Shown piece by piece: positions 58,889 through 64,000 of a stretch of 64,000 bases of DNA. Within the stretch, counting starts at the first letter, position 1, and the number at the start of each line of letters is the position of its first letter. A model generated the notes under the pieces. It searched no databases, was not told where the DNA came from, and saw only the letters and a list, made by a program, of their open reading frames with translations. The position numbers and the translations under genes are program-made. The stretch is from Balanoglossus misakiensis (Eukaryota; Animalia; Hemichordata): contig CM082583.2 of the NCBI GenBank assembly GCA_040954595.2, positions 6,632,849 to 6,696,848 of the forward strand, written 5' to 3'.

Positions 58889-61097
58889 CTTTGCAATATT
58901 CTCGTTGGGGAGGAGGGGAATGAGTAACTTTGGTTCACGGCTGGTTATAAAGATTCGGGTCTCTACAGTATCTTAACTTGATCGTGATGTTGCATCATAA
59001 TAAGACACTTGTGTTATTTAGTAAATTTCTCACGCCTTTAAAGCTTGCACGATTCTACGTGTACTCACATTCGGGTCCGGTCACATGGCCTAAATCTCCG
59101 GGTTGGATTGATTCCGTTCCTAATCTTTCCAAGAAATGCACTATCTATTAGATGTATTTACGGATATATCCAAACTTTTCACGGGCAAGCAGTGCATGCT
59201 GCTAAGTTCACGATTTACTGGGGCGTGTCAGCAGCTTCGCACAGCCGAAATGAGCTTACATTAAACTCAGAACATCACGTGGCTCACATCCATGTAACAG
59301 GGCTATTGTTCACATCAAGCTAGGGTATGCAAAATCATATCATGTATCCGACAGCCTATTGAAGCTGCATCGCAAAGATACCTACACTCATGAACATGCC
59401 CTGTAGACTATCTCCCCTTCGGCGCCTGTTTCTACATCTTTGTTCCCTTCTCACACCCCTGTGTCATCTCTGTCAATTCTTATCCTTGTAGCGGCCCTAT
59501 TTTTCACTTCATTCTGTGGATAATAACTGCACGCTTATCATTAAAAATGGGACGTCATATTCCATCCATCCGTAGGAGTAATGCGCCACCATGCGGCCAA
59601 CATAATTTTTTCTAGGGGATGCATATGTCGGTAATCATAATTATCATGGGGTGGCAAATATCACATTATATAAACAAAAATTAACTAATGGGTGTTTGTT
59701 GTCGATTTCTATCGAACTCATGGACTTCTAGGGAGTTAGATACACCAGCAAAGAACAACCCGAGTGATAAATACAAATTCAACATTGTCGACTAAGTAAC
59801 TCATGCAGTACGAATAGAATGGACAAATATGAGAGCATCATTGGCTAAGATTAAATTGTCACATCACCGGCCCCATTTAATATTTCTCGGGATAGGGTTT
59901 AATCAAATGGATTCAGTTGAACACCTCGGTCACATGTGATCAATGTTTTAAGTGTGTCAAATGCCTTTCATCGGATAAAATAAAATAACCGTTCGGCGGA
60001 CATCACATCAACTCAGATACCGTTCTCCATCAAGTCTTCCCCATCGCAAAAGGCATGGGTAAAATTCTAGCGTTAAATCCCGACAGGTGTAAACCACGTC
60101 GATGGGTGTCCGGCCGGGCTAGCATACAAGAAGGAAAATATACAATTTGTAATCGTGACACGGAACTTGAAAGCAAGCTATCATTTCTCTTCAAGATGTA
60201 TAATTACATGCCCACGTATAATGCCAGTGGAAATTCTAGTGCTCGAAATTATACTGTGTGGGACATGGGACATTCTTCTCAAGCCACTAAATAACATTCA
60301 CAAAGAGGGCAATCTGGGAGGTGGAGTCAATAAAAATCTACAAATTTTAACAGCTCTAGAATATTGGCATTAGAGAATTTTCACGCAAGAAGACGCTTTC
60401 TTCCTACAAGTGAAGATTGATGACGTTTCTATGACGACGACTCGGTTGCTATGTCGTCATAAGACGTATCTTAACATTTACTGTACTAATAGTCTGTCTG
60501 CTAACACCCATAACTGATTCACAGATTTACGTCAATAGACTAAACCATCATCATGACAATTGGTAGCGGAAAATATACACTTCGGGGATACAGACGTGTA
60601 TTTATTCGATGCAGAAATCAAAACGGGAAGTCCTCCGTTTAATGTATGTATCCCGTTTAAAATTCCATGGCTGTATAAATTGATTTCAGCTTCTTCGTGT
60701 TGTGACTCACCCTCGTATGAGTGAACGAGTCCGTGTTATGAAACCATCTTTCCATTCACTGCCAATATTCAACCGTTTGCGCGTGATGCTAAACCCCCCA
60801 TTAGATGAATGGTTTGCTCCAAATTTCCGCCCGTGCTTGCCACATGACAGATGTGGCCCAATAAGATCTCGTTGATTTCTTGGCTGTTTTAATTCAAGAC
60901 GTTCGTAGATGTGGATTGTTATCTGCGGGGCACGTATCCTTGCATTGTTTTCGTGGCCTGTTTAATTGTACAATTCTTTAAAAGCGCAACATGAGAATAT
61001 AATCGGTTAAGGAGAATATAGCTGTGTATTCATTATGAACTATTTGCCACCTTACTGAGCAGAAGAAAGACATCAAGACCATTATGTCGATGTAAAC

Positions 61098-63515
61098 ATG
61101 GCTGGATCGGATCCACACGCGAATCATTTACGTGAGTAAATACCTTTCCCCTAACTTCATTATCGCTCATATTCTCTAGATCATCACCGTCTGAAATTTG
61201 CGACCGATGTTTGATAATTCGTCCTGGACACAGACGATGAATAACTTGTAAGAAATATGTTTCGAAGGACACCTGAATATTGACATCAGCCAAGTGATCG
61301 AAATGACTGAAATACGCTTCTTGGACACGCCACGTAATAATATAGAGCATAGCATTTACTTACACCGGGATCAATTTTTTATGAAACAAAGCAGGTTTTC
61401 AGGAAGGAAGGAAGGCATTGCGTTTTGAAACGATGATAGTTGAAACGATGATAAATCAAGATTATTTGTCCAGCATGTAATATGAAAATCATAAAACGGG
61501 AGCTTGGGTCAGAAAAGCGTTGTTACAGTATAGCAATTGCGGTGAAAATTTCAAATGAGGGTAAATTCCACTGAGATATTCTGCCGAAGATTCCCACCGT
61601 GACCGAAGCACCGTACGCGCGGAACAGATTCGGGGGCCTCTTTAGAATCCGTGGCGAAGTCATGATTATTAAATACTAAGTCGGTTTTCACATGGAATCA
61701 TTATACATGTATTAGCATCAGTGCACGTTATTGTGCGTCGCTTAGACTGTCTCTGTCCGGACACAGCGAATACATGTAAAGTCAGGTAGGATAATGACTA
61801 CGTATGTTAATGGTACATAACTGTATTAAAATATTGTGAATACAACGCAGATGAACACTGGGGCATTACGACAACATTACCCATGGTATTAGCTGAGCCT
61901 ACATTAAGCAAATTAACTCTCAAAATAGATTGATTACATTCAGAGCGTTTTTTGCAACGCGCATCGATACGTAAGTAGAGGCGAATATTTTCTTTCAGTT
62001 CTTCTGCCTTGGGAATTTATTTAGAGCTTATTATGCGATAGCCACTTACGTACTGACGCTCATAGCAAGGAAATTCAATGCGAATATATTAAGCGGCGCT
62101 TCAAGAAGCGGAGGCGACGTCTGTATATCATTAAAAAACACGGCCATATGAACAATGCTTAATTCCATTGGGAAATTATACGCTCTCGGAATACGCGAAG
62201 GAAAATTAACCGTGTCGTTTCACCATCATGAAACCAAAATGCAACATATCGGTTGGGACAAATAGTCGAAATCGAGCAATAACTTTTTCAAATCGGCCGC
62301 CCCGTGCCGTGTTCTCGATGCTTATTACAAAGAAATATACTAGTACATATTATTGATAATCCGCTTGACAAATCTACAAATATTAGCATATCAATTAATA
62401 CGCCCTCTCATACGTGGTGTTTAGCCGGGACTCGGAGATGACACACATTTAAGATTCATTCCAAATTAATAATGTCTCGTTCGCAAAAAAAGGCAACTTG
62501 AGTTTTGATTTTCGTGATTGTCTTGTGCGCAGTTGGGGCTGTAAAAGCTGTTCCTGTTTCTAAAGCAATTCTTAATTTCATTTCGGCGCATTGTCGGAGA
62601 GGCCGGTAACTGCGGGTTGCCATAGCAACGAACGTTCGCACACTCTCCAGTTTCGTTCATTTTAACGATTAAAGAAAATCCTGTGGCTATTTCACTTTTC
62701 TGATTTTTTTTTTACTTCTGTCGCCGTATCTCTCCACAGTTTCAACGCCTGCGCTTATCGGCGTCTGTGCCGCCGTCATCACGATCCTTCTTGCTCTTCT
62801 CGTCGGGATCTATCGCTGTTTCTGTCGACCCAGGGGCTCCGTCCCGTACCCGTCTGTCAGAGCACCGCCACAGAAGGCTGGCAAACTAGCGACGTCGGCG
62901 GCTGTCAGAAGCGCCACGCACAAGTCCCCGCTGGTGACGCCCACCAGCGAGGGCGAACCGGCCTTCCTGGAGAAGAAAGCCGGCAACAAGTCGTACAGCA
63001 GCACGTCCTCCACTATCGACCCGCAGACCATCAACACTCAGTGGTACATCGAAAACGAAGGCGAGAGGAAACTCGGGGACACCAAACTCGGCTGGGAGAA
63101 AGGGGAGAACGAGGAGCAGGCGCAGCTGGGCAACCTCTTCTTTTCGGTGGAGTATGACTTCGACAAGAATGCGTTCATGGTGACGCTGCACAGTGCCACC
63201 GATCTGCCGGTGAAAGATCCGACGACCAACAGCTCCGACCCTTACATAAAACTATGTCTGCTGCCGGAGAAAAAACACAAGGTCAAGACCAGGGTGTTGC
63301 GCAAAACACTGAATCCTGTCTACGAAGAAACCTTCACATTCTACGGCCTGCACTATAACCAACTACAGGGAATCACCTTACATTTCGTCGTCCTCAGTTT
63401 TGACAGATTCTCCCGGGATGACGTCATTGGAGAAATTGTGGTCCCATTGGCTAACATTGACATGAGCGAAACGGCGGTGCACTTGTCACGTGACATCAAA
63501 CACCGAAATCCCAAG
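61098..63515 (+). CDS. SYT4: Synaptotagmin-4/11-like, first two coding exons (N-terminus, TM helix, C2A); continues beyond the window
   Basis: Exon 62740-63515 encodes STPALIGVCAAVITILLALLVGIYRCFC (TM) and C2A SDPYIKLCLLPEKKHKVKTRVLRKTLNPVYEETFTFYG...LSFDRFSRDDVIGE, with the Asp-to-Ser change diagnostic of Syt4/11. The candidate first exon 61098-61131 (aaacATGG, MAGSDPHANHL, phase 1, GTGAGT donor) joins in frame but is less certain. Confidence 0.88.
62616..62629. promoter_or_regulatory. RFX X-box motif in synaptotagmin intron 1
   Basis: GTTGCCATAGCAAC matches the consensus GTNRCC-N(0-3)-RGYAAC. Confidence 0.45.
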
Positions 63516-64000
63516 GTAAGGGAAAACACTTGAAATATTGTAGAGCAAGTAATGAAGTTCTCTCGAGGAGAACGCGTTTAATACTGAAGATATGACCAAA
63601 GCCTCTTCTCAAGAGTCTTTGAGTCGGCAGGGAAAACAAATCAAAAGGGTAAAACGGTAAATTGTGTAATTAAACTTAACACGCAACTCTATAGCTGCAG
63701 TGCAAATTGAATGTATGGTAATATGGTGGCGATTTATACATGTATGTACCGGTCGAATTAAGGGGATCCGAGTCTCACTGACCATAAGAAACAACCGAAA
63801 CAAAAACTCGAACAACGCCGTTCGCACACAAGTTGTGGATTGCAAACTGGCATTTACTCGGCGAAATGTGTGTTCTTGTAGACTGAAAACTAGAATTGAA
63901 TTATAGTCTATCGCCCCTCCCCCGAGAGGGTGGGGAGCGATAGAGGGCGCCTCGAGTGACCGATCTTCCAATGTTCTAGAAAACAATTCTTCGTACACCA

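Overview
Eukaryotic, intron-rich animal genomic DNA. It is probably from an invertebrate deuterostome such as a hemichordate or echinoderm; this is inferred from gene content only. From left to right the window holds: (1) the last four coding exons of a cytosolic sulfotransferase (+), with an intact tRNA-Ile(AAT) antisense in one intron; (2) four co-oriented minus-strand genes for modular extracellular glycoproteins, whose SMB, CUB and linker exons are all symmetric phase-1 cassettes; and (3) the first two coding exons of a synaptotagmin-4/11-like gene (+). The four genes are A (signal peptide + 7 somatomedin-B/CUB pairs, secreted), B (MAM + 9 CUB + ZP + furin site + TM), C (MAM + CUB + 32 tandem 63-nt mucin exons + ZP + TM) and D (3 SMB + CUB + ZP, apparently lacking a TM anchor). 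I placed all exon boundaries by eye using GT-AG and frame continuity, and each model sums to a multiple of 3. The most notable signals are a 184-bp exon+intron tandem array that builds a mucin stalk, patchy near-identity between paralogs (gene B is a mosaic of C-like and D-like blocks), dead exons, a covarying non-canonical Cys pair in CUB domains, and several non-autonomous TIR transposons. No prokaryotic or CRISPR features were found.
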